A stretch of 64,000 nucleotides of DNA from a virus. Lineage: Duplodnaviria; Heunggongvirae; Uroviricota; Caudoviricetes. Location: IMG/VR virus record IMGVR_UViG_3300042401_001180; one strand, written 5' to 3'. The notes under the pieces are model-generated. The model ran no database searches. It was not told the origin of the DNA and saw only the letters and a list, made by a program, of their open reading frames with translations. The number at the start of each line of letters is the position of its first letter. The first letter of the stretch is position 1. Both the position numbers and the translations under genes were made by a program. Positions 47,505 through 57,601 of this stretch are shown piece after piece.

Positions 47505-49316
47505 TTACTTATTAATTAATATTTTCAATCTGTCGTCCATTTCGATTAAAGAATTTCTACCTTTAGATAAATTCATGTAGTTATTACCTCTAAATAACGT
47601 CTCTTCTAATAACAAATCTAAATCACTGTTAACCAATCTTTCTGTCGTTGGTTCGTCTGGTGGTGGTGGTGCTGATTCATCTCCTCCTGATGGTGGTGGT
47701 GTTGATCCACCTAAATCTCCACCGGCATCTCCACTGTCACCAGTGTCTGCTGATGATCCCTTTTCACTTTCTTTTTTACCATATAAACTATCTATGTTAT
47801 CAAAAACTCCTGTTCTTGTTATAACCTCAGCAGTTTTACCAAGTTCAGCAGAAACCGCTCTCTCAATTCTTTGTTGTTGTAAATCAAGTCTAATCTCCTC
47901 ATCAGAAAACCCAAGTATATGTTTTTTAGCCCATGATGCTGATACAGGTGCAACACTATCTTGTATAGGTGCAACGGCATCTTTAAACAATGTTATTTTT
48001 TCTTTCCACAATTCAATAGACAATAAATCAGCCTGTTTAGATGGGTTGTGTAGGGATAAAGTAAAATTAGTTAACTCGTCCTCAAACCCTAATAAAAATA
48101 AATGTACAATTGCGATTTTATTTAATTCCGCAATCATAGACTTTTGTACTCTATTTATTGTTCTTGCAAATCTAATATCAAGTAGAGATAGATTTTTACC
48201 GTCACCTACCGCCTCTTCAAACCCTAAATATGCCTTAGGTATTCTAAGTGCTGTGACTAATTTCTTTTGGATGTATTCAATATCTGCAATTTCAGATAGA
48301 TTCGTACCTCCAGGTAACGTTTCTATAGGGTTAGTAGCTGAAGCGTCCCTAACAGGAATAAAGTAGTCTTGATCAACCGCCATTTGGTTATATCTCATGT
48401 CCACATTACCTGTTTTGTTATCAACAACTTGGTCTCTTTTAAATTTATTGGCAACTTTTTGTACGTATGGATCAACATCCTTATCATCCATATTACCAAC
48501 AAACACTTTAAATACTCTTCTTTCAGGTGCTCTTGATACACGATAAATTAACATCGCATCTTCTGATAATAAAAGTTGTTTCCATATACGACGAGATTTT
48601 TCTAACATTGATGTACCATAAGGTAATTTTCTATCATCCCCTAAAATTCTAAAGTGTCCTATTTCCCAAGTGTTGAACTCCATATTTTTTTCTTTCCACA
48701 CAAACTTCAAAGAATCGTTCTCCATATCTTGAGAATACTTATCAGGTTGAAACTTCATACCTTTTTCCAATCTTTCAATTTGTATATTAGGTAGTTGTTG
48801 ACAACCCACAATCCCTTTTTCTGGATCCAATTTTAAATAAATAAAATTATCTCCAAATTTACAGGTGTTTCTTGTCCACATTGGTAGATTTGTATTAATG
48901 TCCAATTTATTTGTAAATAAATCCGTTAATACTGATTTTATCCTGTTTGACTCTGAATAGACTTTTAATATGTGTCCGTCTTGATCCGGTGTCGTTGATT
49001 CTTCAGCGTATATATCTAAAGCGGCTGAAATTTCAGGAGTATACTCCATAGATTCATAATCATAATACGAAGCCATTCTTGTTGGTTCATAGTAAACCGC
49101 CTGTTGGTATAAGTTACTCTCAACCTTTTGCCATTGTTTTCCAATGTACACCGTTTGTTGAGCTTGTAGTTTTTCCTTTTCAAACTCAGTCTTATCTGTA
49201 GTTTTTAATAGTTCTTTTTTGTCAAACTTAAAAACCGGAGATTGTTGATCTATTGTTGAGTTAGGTCCAAACGCCTTACTTAACCTCTGCCAAACTGTAT
49301 ATTTTTCTTGTGCCAT
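47505..49316 (-). CDS. Portal protein, T4 gp20-like
   Basis: Motifs EDAMLIYRVSRAPERRVFKVFVGN, QDYFIPVR, IETLPGG and ALRIPK. Confidence 0.95.
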   Translation of the reverse strand: MAQEKYTVWQRLSKAFGPNSTIDQQSPVFKFDKKELLKTTDKTEFEKEKLQAQQTVYIGKQWQKVESNLYQQAVYYEPTRMASYYDYESMEYTPEISAALDIYAEESTTPDQDGHILKVYSESNRIKSVLTDLFTNKLDINTNLPMWTRNTCKFGDNFIYLKLDPEKGIVGCQQLPNIQIERLEKGMKFQPDKYSQDMENDSLKFVWKEKNMEFNTWEIGHFRILGDDRKLPYGTSMLEKSRRIWKQLLLSEDAMLIYRVSRAPERRVFKVFVGNMDDKDVDPYVQKVANKFKRDQVVDNKTGNVDMRYNQMAVDQDYFIPVRDASATNPIETLPGGTNLSEIADIEYIQKKLVTALRIPKAYLGFEEAVGDGKNLSLLDIRFARTINRVQKSMIAELNKIAIVHLFLLGFEDELTNFTLSLHNPSKQADLLSIELWKEKITLFKDAVAPIQDSVAPVSASWAKKHILGFSDEEIRLDLQQQRIERAVSAELGKTAEVITRTGVFDNIDSLYGKKESEKGSSADTGDSGDAGGDLGGSTPPPSGGDESAPPPPDEPTTERLVNSDLDLLLEETLFRGNNYMNLSKGRNSLIEMDDRLKILINK

Positions 49317-49353
49317 AAATCTTTTTTTTAAAAATAGTATTCAATAGTATAAA

Positions 49354-51132
49354 TTAAACCCTTCTACCACCGAATAACCATAAATAGTTTTCATAATCAC
49401 TTTTAGTTACTTGATTCCTATCATAACCAAAATTACCGTTAGAACTTACGGGTATTCCTGGATTGAAATTTTGTGAGGATTCTTTAAAAAGACTCGTTTC
49501 TGTAGTCCATGAATCAATCATTGCCTTTGCTTGTTCCGCAGCCTTTTCTAATTGAGCAAAAGACGATTCTCCAACATAAAGAGCCATTGCCATCGCCATT
49601 ATTAAATCATCGTGTTGTCCTTTTTGATGATCAGGTCTACCACTGATATAAACAAATGTATTAAGTTCATTAAATAATCTTTGTGATCTTAACGCAAAAT
49701 CAAATCGTAATGCTTCCTCAAATGCCTGTACAATTAAAACTCTTTTTGAGTTAAAGTTGATTCCAGGAATTTTATCTTGTGACTTTGGATCCCACTTCCA
49801 TTTGTCAGCAGGGTTAACCCCATCAATATATAAATTTTTATATCCAAGTTCTTGTAGTTTTCTTGATGTAGAGACACCCATACCACCAGTAATATCAATA
49901 ACAATAAATGCGTTATACATTGTAGCCCATTTAAACGCAATTTCTGCAGCAATGTCAGGTGGAATTTTACCTAAGTATTCTAATACCTGTTCTCTTGCGT
50001 CAAAATCAATAATACACATAGTGGTAAAATCTTCACTATCACCTCTTGAAACGTCAACACCCATAATGTATCTATGTCCAGCAACCGGCTCCTTCCACTG
50101 CCAAAGAGCTCCACCCATAAATTTATTTTCAGGTTCCTTGATGTGTTTTTCTTTTATTTTTTTCATAGTTTCAGAAGGGATAACACTATCCCCCGAACCT
50201 AGAAAGTTACACTCAAGTTCCTGTGATATTTTTCTTTTATCAAATTTCAATTTTTTAGCCATAGCCTCAAACCAAGAACTATAGGGTTTATACCCCTCAT
50301 CCTCAATTCTTTTCTTAATCTCATTAAAATCTCTATCAACTATTTTAGTGTCACTATAATCTAATATTATTTCATTATCATTGTAATCACCTCTATTTAA
50401 CATGTAATGGACAATATCATTACATTTAATTAGTTTTAAATCCTTTGAATAACGTGGATCACGAAACCAATACATTTCTGTAATCTTAAAGTCATTCATC
50501 CCTTTCACTGCTTGACTATAAATTGAATAGTAAATCGGATCAAATCCATTTGGTGTTGAAATTACAATAACTTTACCCCCTGTTGATAGAGAAGCCATAC
50601 ATGCTGACCAAAAGTCCTCATCGGCATTTATGTATGCAGCCTCATCAAATATTAATATCGTTGGAGTATATCCACGTAACGCATCCTTTGATGTTGCTAC
50701 CGCCTTTACCTCACAACCGTTGGTTAATTTAAAATGTCTTTGTGAATTTTTTTCAACAGAGAACCCAACCCCTAACCACTTCGGCCACTGATCAACAAAC
50801 GCTCGGACTTTATTTCCCATTTCTTGGGCGGTATCCATTTTGTTTGCAATTATTAAGATTTTTTCAGGTTTTTCTTTACGTGCAAATACCAATCTTTTAG
50901 ATGCCCATGCTGATGTTACAGTTGAAACACCCGCTTGTCGGTATTTTAATGCGATATTTTCTTCAGATGTATCGTAATCTTTTACTAAGGTTACTTGATC
51001 GTTAAATAACTCTAACGGTACGTATTTAGATTGTGTATTATCGTAAGTTTGTAAATATGTTTTTAACGCGTATGGAGTATCTCTAACACATTTAGCGTAT
51101 TCCAATAATACTTGTTCTTTTGATAATGACAT
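49354..51132 (-). CDS. terL: Terminase large subunit, T4 gp17-like
   Basis: Motifs KYRQAGVST, FDEAAY, ISTPNG, GVDVSRG and HDDLIMA. Confidence 0.95.
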   Translation of the reverse strand: MSLSKEQVLLEYAKCVRDTPYALKTYLQTYDNTQSKYVPLELFNDQVTLVKDYDTSEENIALKYRQAGVSTVTSAWASKRLVFARKEKPEKILIIANKMDTAQEMGNKVRAFVDQWPKWLGVGFSVEKNSQRHFKLTNGCEVKAVATSKDALRGYTPTILIFDEAAYINADEDFWSACMASLSTGGKVIVISTPNGFDPIYYSIYSQAVKGMNDFKITEMYWFRDPRYSKDLKLIKCNDIVHYMLNRGDYNDNEIILDYSDTKIVDRDFNEIKKRIEDEGYKPYSSWFEAMAKKLKFDKRKISQELECNFLGSGDSVIPSETMKKIKEKHIKEPENKFMGGALWQWKEPVAGHRYIMGVDVSRGDSEDFTTMCIIDFDAREQVLEYLGKIPPDIAAEIAFKWATMYNAFIVIDITGGMGVSTSRKLQELGYKNLYIDGVNPADKWKWDPKSQDKIPGINFNSKRVLIVQAFEEALRFDFALRSQRLFNELNTFVYISGRPDHQKGQHDDLIMAMAMALYVGESSFAQLEKAAEQAKAMIDSWTTETSLFKESSQNFNPGIPVSSNGNFGYDRNQVTKSDYENYLWLFGGRRV

Positions 51133-51137
51133 TCATT

Positions 51138-51695
51138 TTACTTTCTTTTGTTAATCATTCTAAGTATATCTAACTTAGTTGTGTGTGGTGGTATGTGTTT
51201 TTCTATTAGACGTAAAATACTTTCTTCTATTTTTTTAACATCATCAGTATCTTTAGATTTTACTTTTTTGTTAGGTAAATTTTTATGTTTTGTTGATGCA
51301 AAATCTTTCACATCTTTCTTTTTCATTTCTTTTGCTACCTCACCAGCCTTTCCTTTTTTTGGTGTGTCTCCTTTTTGCATCCCTCTTACTATCCCAAAAA
51401 ATTCTTGTTGTTTTTTAGAAACCGCCCTTTCTGTTACTTCACCCTCTTTAGTTACGGTAACTGTATCATCTTGATTAATTGTTACATTTACATCATCAAC
51501 TTTACTAAACGTTTTACCTTTAGCTTCGTCTTTTGAGTATGTAGTTGATGTGGTAGTTTTGGTTACCTCTTCTTTTGTTTCTTTTTTTGATTTTTTAACT
51601 CTTTCGTATAAAACATTCAACTGATTATTATTCAATGACTCAAGAGTGTTAATTGATATTCCTTCATTAAGAAGTCTCGCAATTTTAGGATTCAT
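51138..51695 (-). CDS. Hypothetical protein with DUF3008-like basic module
   Basis: AVSKKQQEFFG...DFASTKHKNLP. An alternative start lies at 51704. Confidence 0.7.
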   Translation of the reverse strand: MNPKIARLLNEGISINTLESLNNNQLNVLYERVKKSKKETKEEVTKTTTSTTYSKDEAKGKTFSKVDDVNVTINQDDTVTVTKEGEVTERAVSKKQQEFFGIVRGMQKGDTPKKGKAGEVAKEMKKKDVKDFASTKHKNLPNKKVKSKDTDDVKKIEESILRLIEKHIPPHTTKLDILRMINKRK

Positions 51696-52104
51696 ATGCT
51701 TCATCTTGAACTAAATTTTTTTCCCACTTTAATACGATATCTCTTTCGTATAGTTTATTTTCAATGTCCTCAACACTTTCTCCGTATTGAAAAACTAATC
51801 TTTTCTTTTTATGAATTAATATCTCATCACTGTCGGCGTTTTCCCAAGCCAATGAAATAACACCATCAATAGCATCATACACACCAAAAAAATCAGAATT
51901 CTGTATTAAATTTAAATCGATTTCAGAGTTTTTTAAAACACCTACTTTTTTTATGTAATGTATTTCAGGAGGTGAGGGTTTACCGGATGCTGGTTCAGCG
52001 TCCCATTCATCACCCCAAACATCGTCTAAATCTGAAAATATAAATTCATATATATTATCACCCTTATAGTTTGGTCCTAATTCGTTTACATATACTAAAA
52101 TCAT
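51685..52104 (-). CDS. Hypothetical protein
   Basis: 139-aa ORF overlapping both neighbours. Confidence 0.8.
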   Translation of the reverse strand: MILVYVNELGPNYKGDNIYEFIFSDLDDVWGDEWDAEPASGKPSPPEIHYIKKVGVLKNSEIDLNLIQNSDFFGVYDAIDGVISLAWENADSDEILIHKKKRLVFQYGESVEDIENKLYERDIVLKWEKNLVQDEAYES

Positions 52105-53432
52105 AAAATTCGTCCTCTTGGTGTTACTTTAACTTGTTTACCATTTACAGAAAATATTAAATTTTCTTTATTAGTTTTTCCTATAAAATTTACGTTATTT
52201 TCAGACATTAATTTTTTAGAAGTAACTGACTGTTCAATAGTTTCAGAAAGAGTTTCTATTTCTTTAAATATTTTTATTTTTTTTAATTTTTCATTTAAAA
52301 AATTTCTTTTCTTTTTTTCCTCTAATAATGGTTTTTCATTTTCACTTATATTAAAATATTTTGAAAGTACTTTTTCTACTCTTGATTCTGTAAATGTTGG
52401 TGACGGTATCTCCTCATCTGCTGGTGGCATTCCTTCATCACCCATTGGCGGCATTCCTTCGTCATCCGTACCAAAATCATCCTCTCCACCGATATCTAAA
52501 TCACCTTCGTCACCCATTCCGTACTCATCAAAAGAGTCAAACTTATCCATAATATCCTCTTTATCGTCCTCATCTAAGTTAGACAAATCAATTGCGGATA
52601 ATATTGAATTAACAACATATTTTATATCTTGAGAATCCAAACCTTTTTCTTTATCAAAAGACCTTATTTTCTGACTTAATCTTCCTGTTAACTTTTGTAT
52701 TGTTTTTAAACCTACAGGACCATCCGTTTCATCACCTTCATCACCCATTGGTGGCATTCCTGTGTCGCCTGCTGGTGGCATTCCTTCATCACCCATTGGT
52801 GGCATTCCTTCATCACCCATTGGTGGCATTCCTTCATCACCCATTGGTGGCATTCCTGTGTCGCCTGCTGGTGGCATTCCTGTGTCGCCTGCTGGTGGCA
52901 TTCCTTCATCACCCATTGGTGGTGCAGGGGCAGCTAAATCAGGTGCCGGTGGTGTAGGTGGTGCTAAATCAGGTGCCGGTGGTGTAGGTGGTGCTAAATC
53001 AGGTGCTGGTGGAGCAATATCCCCACCTTTTGGTTTAGGTGTTTTTAAAATGAATTTTTTTTTTGGTTCCGACTGTTCACCAATCAGAGGAGTACTATGT
53101 ACGTTACCCGTATTTCGATTAACTTCAGACGCGATGATATTTAATCTTTTCATTGCTTGTGAATAAGATGGGTAGTATCTTCTTTCAGATATGTCATTCA
53201 TATACGATAGTTCGTCTGTGACTACACCATGCTTTAATATGTATCCTTTAGTTTCTCTAACAATACCATAATAAAAACCATCTGAAAGTTTTATTGTGTA
53301 TTCTGAGGATTTACCCTCATTTATGTTTTCATTTCTTGGGGTAGTCTCTTTATATCTAGAGATTTCAAGGATACGATTTATTTTATCCATTCCTTGTAAT
53401 TTCTCACTCCCTAAAGGTTTTAAATCTGCCAT
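52101..53432 (-). CDS. Acidic, Pro-rich low-complexity protein, probably a prohead core/internal protein
   Basis: Internal repeats, several (I/L/F)xE sites and an upstream late motif. Confidence 0.75.
   Translation of the reverse strand: MADLKPLGSEKLQGMDKINRILEISRYKETTPRNENINEGKSSEYTIKLSDGFYYGIVRETKGYILKHGVVTDELSYMNDISERRYYPSYSQAMKRLNIIASEVNRNTGNVHSTPLIGEQSEPKKKFILKTPKPKGGDIAPPAPDLAPPTPPAPDLAPPTPPAPDLAAPAPPMGDEGMPPAGDTGMPPAGDTGMPPMGDEGMPPMGDEGMPPMGDEGMPPAGDTGMPPMGDEGDETDGPVGLKTIQKLTGRLSQKIRSFDKEKGLDSQDIKYVVNSILSAIDLSNLDEDDKEDIMDKFDSFDEYGMGDEGDLDIGGEDDFGTDDEGMPPMGDEGMPPADEEIPSPTFTESRVEKVLSKYFNISENEKPLLEEKKKRNFLNEKLKKIKIFKEIETLSETIEQSVTSKKLMSENNVNFIGKTNKENLIFSVNGKQVKVTPRGRIL
52735..53012 (-). 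repeat. Coding tandem repeats: 24-bp units (GMPPMGDE/GMPPAGDT, about 8) and 30-bp units (PPAPDLAPPT, about 3)
   Basis: GGTGGCATTCCT recurs every 24 nt and GCTAAATCAGGTGC every 30 nt. Confidence 0.92.
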
Positions 53433-53517
53433 TTTTTAATTTGTTTAAAGTTAATACTAAATTACATTAGTATAATTTTTTATTATATAAATATATTGTT
53501 ATTTTGTAATTTATCTT

Positions 53518-54291
53518 TTATTCAAAATTTTCTTGTTCTAACGACAGTTTTTTATCTGTAATTTTATTTTTAAAATCTTCTAATTTAGATATATATCCGT
53601 TACGTCTTAAAAATTTAAACACTAAATTTTCATAAGAAAATTCACCTTCTTTTTTTAAACCACAAGTTCTATATTTACGTAATTTATCTTTATATTTTTT
53701 AACAAGTTCTATTGCATCCTCAAGATCCTCATCCTCAGCGTTTTCTAAAACACCATCGATAATATCCATCCATTGTTTTGCCTTGTCTTTTAATGTTTTT
53801 TCGTCTATTGAGAAATTTTCTTTTTCTGGAATTCTAACCCACTCATCATTTAAAACAGAATACCTACCCACACTTGATTCTTTTTCGTTAACATCTTGTG
53901 CAAATAACTCAACTTCAAACCCTTTTATTCTAATATCATGAGCAGCATTGAAAATTGTTTTTTTTAGATAAAACAATTCACTGTATAATTCACTCTCATC
54001 ACCAAAGTCTTTAGGGTCATATACAACATGTAAATCAAAATCTGAAAATTCACTCCAATTATAACCAACCAAAGAACCAATTAATATGATATCTTGTACA
54101 AAAAAATCAACATCCAAATATTCTATAAATATTTTTGAAGCCTTTAAAAGTCTTTCTCTGATTTCAGGTTTTAATTTTGGTTTTTGTCCTTCAGGATCAC
54201 CCATGAATTTTTCATTTGGTAAAATCCAAACGTCAGGATTTAATTCATCCTGTAAATAAAAACTATTTATAATTTTTTTATCTTTTGACAT
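53518..54291 (-). CDS. Pol-beta-superfamily nucleotidyltransferase
   Basis: GSLVGYNWSEFSDFDLH (GS...DxD) and VELF. Confidence 0.78.
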   Translation of the reverse strand: MSKDKKIINSFYLQDELNPDVWILPNEKFMGDPEGQKPKLKPEIRERLLKASKIFIEYLDVDFFVQDIILIGSLVGYNWSEFSDFDLHVVYDPKDFGDESELYSELFYLKKTIFNAAHDIRIKGFEVELFAQDVNEKESSVGRYSVLNDEWVRIPEKENFSIDEKTLKDKAKQWMDIIDGVLENAEDEDLEDAIELVKKYKDKLRKYRTCGLKKEGEFSYENLVFKFLRRNGYISKLEDFKNKITDKKLSLEQENFE

Positions 54292-54318
54292 ATAACTTAT
54301 AAATAGTTAGAAAAATGA

Positions 54319-54561
54319 TTATAGTTTTGTATACTTAAATTTTTTTGATATTTCAGTATTAAAATATTTTCCTTGTGATTCTGACATTCTAAATTTAGCG
54401 TACGCATTGTGTGGAACATCTTCATACTCATACTTCATTCCATTTTTAAATTCTGCAATCATTTTTTTAGTTTCACTATCGTATTCTGTTTTTACTAAAT
54501 TACTTGATTCTATTTCACAGATAATTTTAGTACCTTCTATTGTTGTTCTTTTAATTGCCAT
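54319..54561 (-). CDS. KTSC-domain protein
   Basis: SSNL...YD......FKNG..YEYEDVP...SESQGKYFN. Confidence 0.88.
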   Translation of the reverse strand: MAIKRTTIEGTKIICEIESSNLVKTEYDSETKKMIAEFKNGMKYEYEDVPHNAYAKFRMSESQGKYFNTEISKKFKYTKL

Positions 54562-54586
54562 AATTAATTTTTTATTATATTTTAAT

Positions 54587-56518
54587 TTAGAAAACAGGAC
54601 AATTAATTTTCCTTACTGGTTTAAAGGACTTGTTTGGAAGTATTGCTCTACCTAACCTTTTGAAAAATACTCTAGCCGCCTGTTTTCTTTTACCTGAACC
54701 ACCGGTTTTAAGATCAATATCCCAAGTCCAATTAGTCCAATAAATCATAACACCAAGACCACCCGAAACAGAAACGATAAAATCCATATCTTTTTTAGTA
54801 TCAACACCTTTTGGTGCTTGGATTATTAAATTAAACCCGCAACTTGCGTGTCTAAATGATGAGTATAAATTTTCATATTCAGTTGTCAAAGCACCCGCAC
54901 CAACTTCTTTACCTAAATATTTACTAGCGTTTTTTACTGCGGTTAAATCTCTCGCCCCATAGAATTGTCTTGGGGTTAATTTACCTTTATATCTTTTATT
55001 TGCTTCAACAAATAAAGGAGCATTTTTATACGCTTCGTTAAACTGCATTGGTGACCCGTCCATATAAACACTATCAAGTTTATTCCAACCTGGACCAACA
55101 TTAGGGTCTGATAATTCTAACAAAGTCACTTTATCAAAAACACTAAGCTCGGAATCATCAATTAATTCATTCAAATATGTTTTCATAGCCTCTATTCTAT
55201 CGTTTGATAGTGGTATGTTATTAGTTTCAGAATATTCTCCTTTTGACGAGTATGCGGTCCTAACTTTACTTGTTGATGAATAAAAAGATAAATATAAACC
55301 TTTTGGAACCGCCTTATTATTAGATTCTGTCATTATTCTTTGGTATTCGGCAACAGCATCAGAAACCTGCTTCTGTAGTTGTGATTTTGTTTCCTCCGTT
55401 ATTGTTACATCATCATCCTCAAAGAAAGTATTTGATAATTCATCTCTTTGTTCTTTACTAATATTTTTAGGCGGCCACTGATATGATTTATCAATAAGCT
55501 CAAATCCAGTCTCATCAGATTTATTTTTTTCTTCTTTATATTTTGAAAGTACTTCAATATCTGAAGTTTGTATTGTAATGTTTTTAGCCTTTAAAATCAT
55601 ATCACTAATAGTTGGATTAACTCCTCTAAAAAACCCATCTAAGAATGTTTTATTTTGTAGTTGCTTGGACGCTTGTGTCGTCAACTCAGCAATAATACTT
55701 GATTTATATGGTGAAGTCTGCTCATTAGATAATTCAACTTTTGCCGGAGAGTCCGATTCACTTCTTAAATTTATGTAATTTAAATTATTTAACATTTCTT
55801 TTAAATCCACAGAACCTAAAGCACTACTTTCATATGAAACATTATAACTATTCCCACTACCGAAAGACATTAGTATATGGTTCATATTATCAACTATACT
55901 TTGGTTTGTCTCAATAGACATAAAAACATTTTTATTGTTAAACTCGTTTAATTCTAATAATAACCTATCAACTTGTTTTTTAATTTGATTACTTGCTGGA
56001 TTATTTATTGATGATAATTTTGTTTTAACTTTATTTAGAAGATTAATAGCCTCTTTTTGTTTGTTTTGTAAATCTTGATTACTTTCTTTAGTTTGGGTTT
56101 TAGTTTGTGATAATGCTTTAGTTTTGTCAACCGTATTTAAACCTGATTTGTTTACAACATCATCAAGAGTACCCTCTATCGATATACCTATACCATAAGT
56201 TGGATCAGATCCAACCCAATTCTTTAAAGATTTTCTGGTTTCTTCGTCATCATTGTCTAAAAACCATTGAAGCATTGCAAGATAAATTGGTGAATTAGCG
56301 AATTCGGAATCACTATCTCTTTCTTTTATATATGTAATTATGTTTTTAATACTTGCGGTTTCCCATGTCTTAGATCTATTTTCAGTCCAGTCAAAAAAAT
56401 ATTTATCATCTTCCTCAAATAATAATTTTGATGTTTTTTGTTCAGAAATGACTTTACCTGGAGTGTATTTCATATAAAACATCATTCTGTTAACCTCTTC
56501 TAAAATATTTTTTTCCAT
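54587..56518 (-). CDS. Large hypothetical protein with leader and possible OmpA-like motif
   Basis: N-terminal ILEEVNRM...VISEQ; internal NIPLSNDRIEAMKTYL. Confidence 0.75.
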   Translation of the reverse strand: MEKNILEEVNRMMFYMKYTPGKVISEQKTSKLLFEEDDKYFFDWTENRSKTWETASIKNIITYIKERDSDSEFANSPIYLAMLQWFLDNDDEETRKSLKNWVGSDPTYGIGISIEGTLDDVVNKSGLNTVDKTKALSQTKTQTKESNQDLQNKQKEAINLLNKVKTKLSSINNPASNQIKKQVDRLLLELNEFNNKNVFMSIETNQSIVDNMNHILMSFGSGNSYNVSYESSALGSVDLKEMLNNLNYINLRSESDSPAKVELSNEQTSPYKSSIIAELTTQASKQLQNKTFLDGFFRGVNPTISDMILKAKNITIQTSDIEVLSKYKEEKNKSDETGFELIDKSYQWPPKNISKEQRDELSNTFFEDDDVTITEETKSQLQKQVSDAVAEYQRIMTESNNKAVPKGLYLSFYSSTSKVRTAYSSKGEYSETNNIPLSNDRIEAMKTYLNELIDDSELSVFDKVTLLELSDPNVGPGWNKLDSVYMDGSPMQFNEAYKNAPLFVEANKRYKGKLTPRQFYGARDLTAVKNASKYLGKEVGAGALTTEYENLYSSFRHASCGFNLIIQAPKGVDTKKDMDFIVSVSGGLGVMIYWTNWTWDIDLKTGGSGKRKQAARVFFKRLGRAILPNKSFKPVRKINCPVF

Positions 56519-56567
56519 TTTTTTTAATTTTATATATAATAAATAGTTTCACAATAAAAAAAAGTAT

Positions 56568-56575
56568 TACATTTG
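56568..56575 (+). promoter_or_regulatory. Bacteroidota-type -7 promoter element
   Basis: TACATTTG matches TAnnTTTG; upstream of 56603. Confidence 0.65.
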
Positions 56576-56602
56576 TAGTATAACGATTTAAAAATAGAAA
56601 AT

Positions 56603-57112
56603 ATGAAAAATATACTTGTGATTATTTTAAGTTTGGTGTTCTTTATCGGACATTCCCAATCATCAAAAAACGATGTTCAAAAAATGTTAGTTGAAAGAAG
56701 TAAAAAAGAATACAATAAGATTAATTTTGATAGTTTGAGTTTGGAAACAATTAAACTCATAAACAAATACCGTAAGGAAAACGGATTGTTAGTTTTATCT
56801 GTAGACCAATCATTGAATGATTACTCTAAAAATTGGGGTAAAACTATGTGTGATAATGAAACTTTGTCTCACTCAGACATACAGAGTAATGGGATTATCG
56901 CAGAAAACATATATGGTATTTTTGTTTACGGAACTTTTTTTTGTAATGTAGATTATTTTAAGAAAGAACCACTTTCAATTTTTGACTCTTGGAAATCTTC
57001 TCCATATCATAATAAAAATATGTTGAATGGTAATGCTACTAAAATAGGTCTTTATATATATACTGAATATAATGGTGAATATAAAATGAGAGCAGTAATG
57101 GTTTTGAAATAA
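56603..57112 (+). CDS. Secreted CAP/SCP-domain protein
   Basis: Signal peptide; INKYRKENGL, LSH, AENI and WKSSPYHNKNML. Confidence 0.88.
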   Translation: MKNILVIILSLVFFIGHSQSSKNDVQKMLVERSKKEYNKINFDSLSLETIKLINKYRKENGLLVLSVDQSLNDYSKNWGKTMCDNETLSHSDIQSNGIIAENIYGIFVYGTFFCNVDYFKKEPLSIFDSWKSSPYHNKNMLNGNATKIGLYIYTEYNGEYKMRAVMVLK

Positions 57113-57113
57113 C

Positions 57114-57141
57114 AAAAAACCCCACTAATTGTGGGGTTTTA
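57114..57141. terminator. Bidirectional intrinsic terminator
   Basis: AAAACCCCAC-TAATT-GTGGGGTTTT between convergent genes. Confidence 0.88.
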
Positions 57142-57156
57142 TTTAGTTTAACCCTT

Positions 57157-57225
57157 TTATTTTATCTTTTTAATCTTATCCCTTAACTCCATAGACATTT
57201 AAAAATATTGATTTTTAATTACCAT
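57157..57225 (-). pseudogene. Decayed UVR (UvrB/C coiled-coil) motif remnant
   Basis: Reads MVIKNQYF*MSMELRDKIKKIK*, against the UVR consensus AIxxEDFExAAxLRDxI. Confidence 0.55.
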
Positions 57226-57227
57226 AA

Positions 57228-57521
57228 TTAATTTTTTAATGGGGTTATGTCATCTATTGATTTAAGTTTTATTTGAATATAATCCGTTAAGTCATTAATG
57301 TCAATTTCAAACCCGTAATCTTCTATGGTTTTAATCGTCTTATCTCGTTCATTTTGAAACTTATGAAAAAGACTCATTAAATCTTGTGGGTAATACGGTG
57401 GGTTTTCTAAATCTTTGTCTGACCACCCTTCTCTTTGTAGTACTAACCTAATTCTAAAATAAATTTCTTCTAATTTTTCAGTTAATTTTAATTCATCTAT
57501 AAATTTTTTCCATGACTCCAT
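57228..57521 (-). CDS. Hypothetical protein
   Basis: ATG at 57521, 4 nt after TATTTAT; 97 aa. Confidence 0.75.
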   Translation of the reverse strand: MESWKKFIDELKLTEKLEEIYFRIRLVLQREGWSDKDLENPPYYPQDLMSLFHKFQNERDKTIKTIEDYGFEIDINDLTDYIQIKLKSIDDITPLKN

Positions 57522-57601
57522 TTTTATAAATATACGTAGCAACAAGAAAAAATAATTGATATATTAAAAGGTATGGTTTATGTTTAAATAAAAAATACTA
57601 T

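Noticed and set aside
47743-48366. Long antisense ORFs (also 49757, 58960, 23436, 52700, 52762 and others)
   Set aside because: They are shadows of well-supported genes on the opposite strand, with no motifs or promoters.
52712-52912. Alternative-frame ECHQW repeat peptide
   Set aside because: It is a frame by-product of the 24-bp minisatellite.
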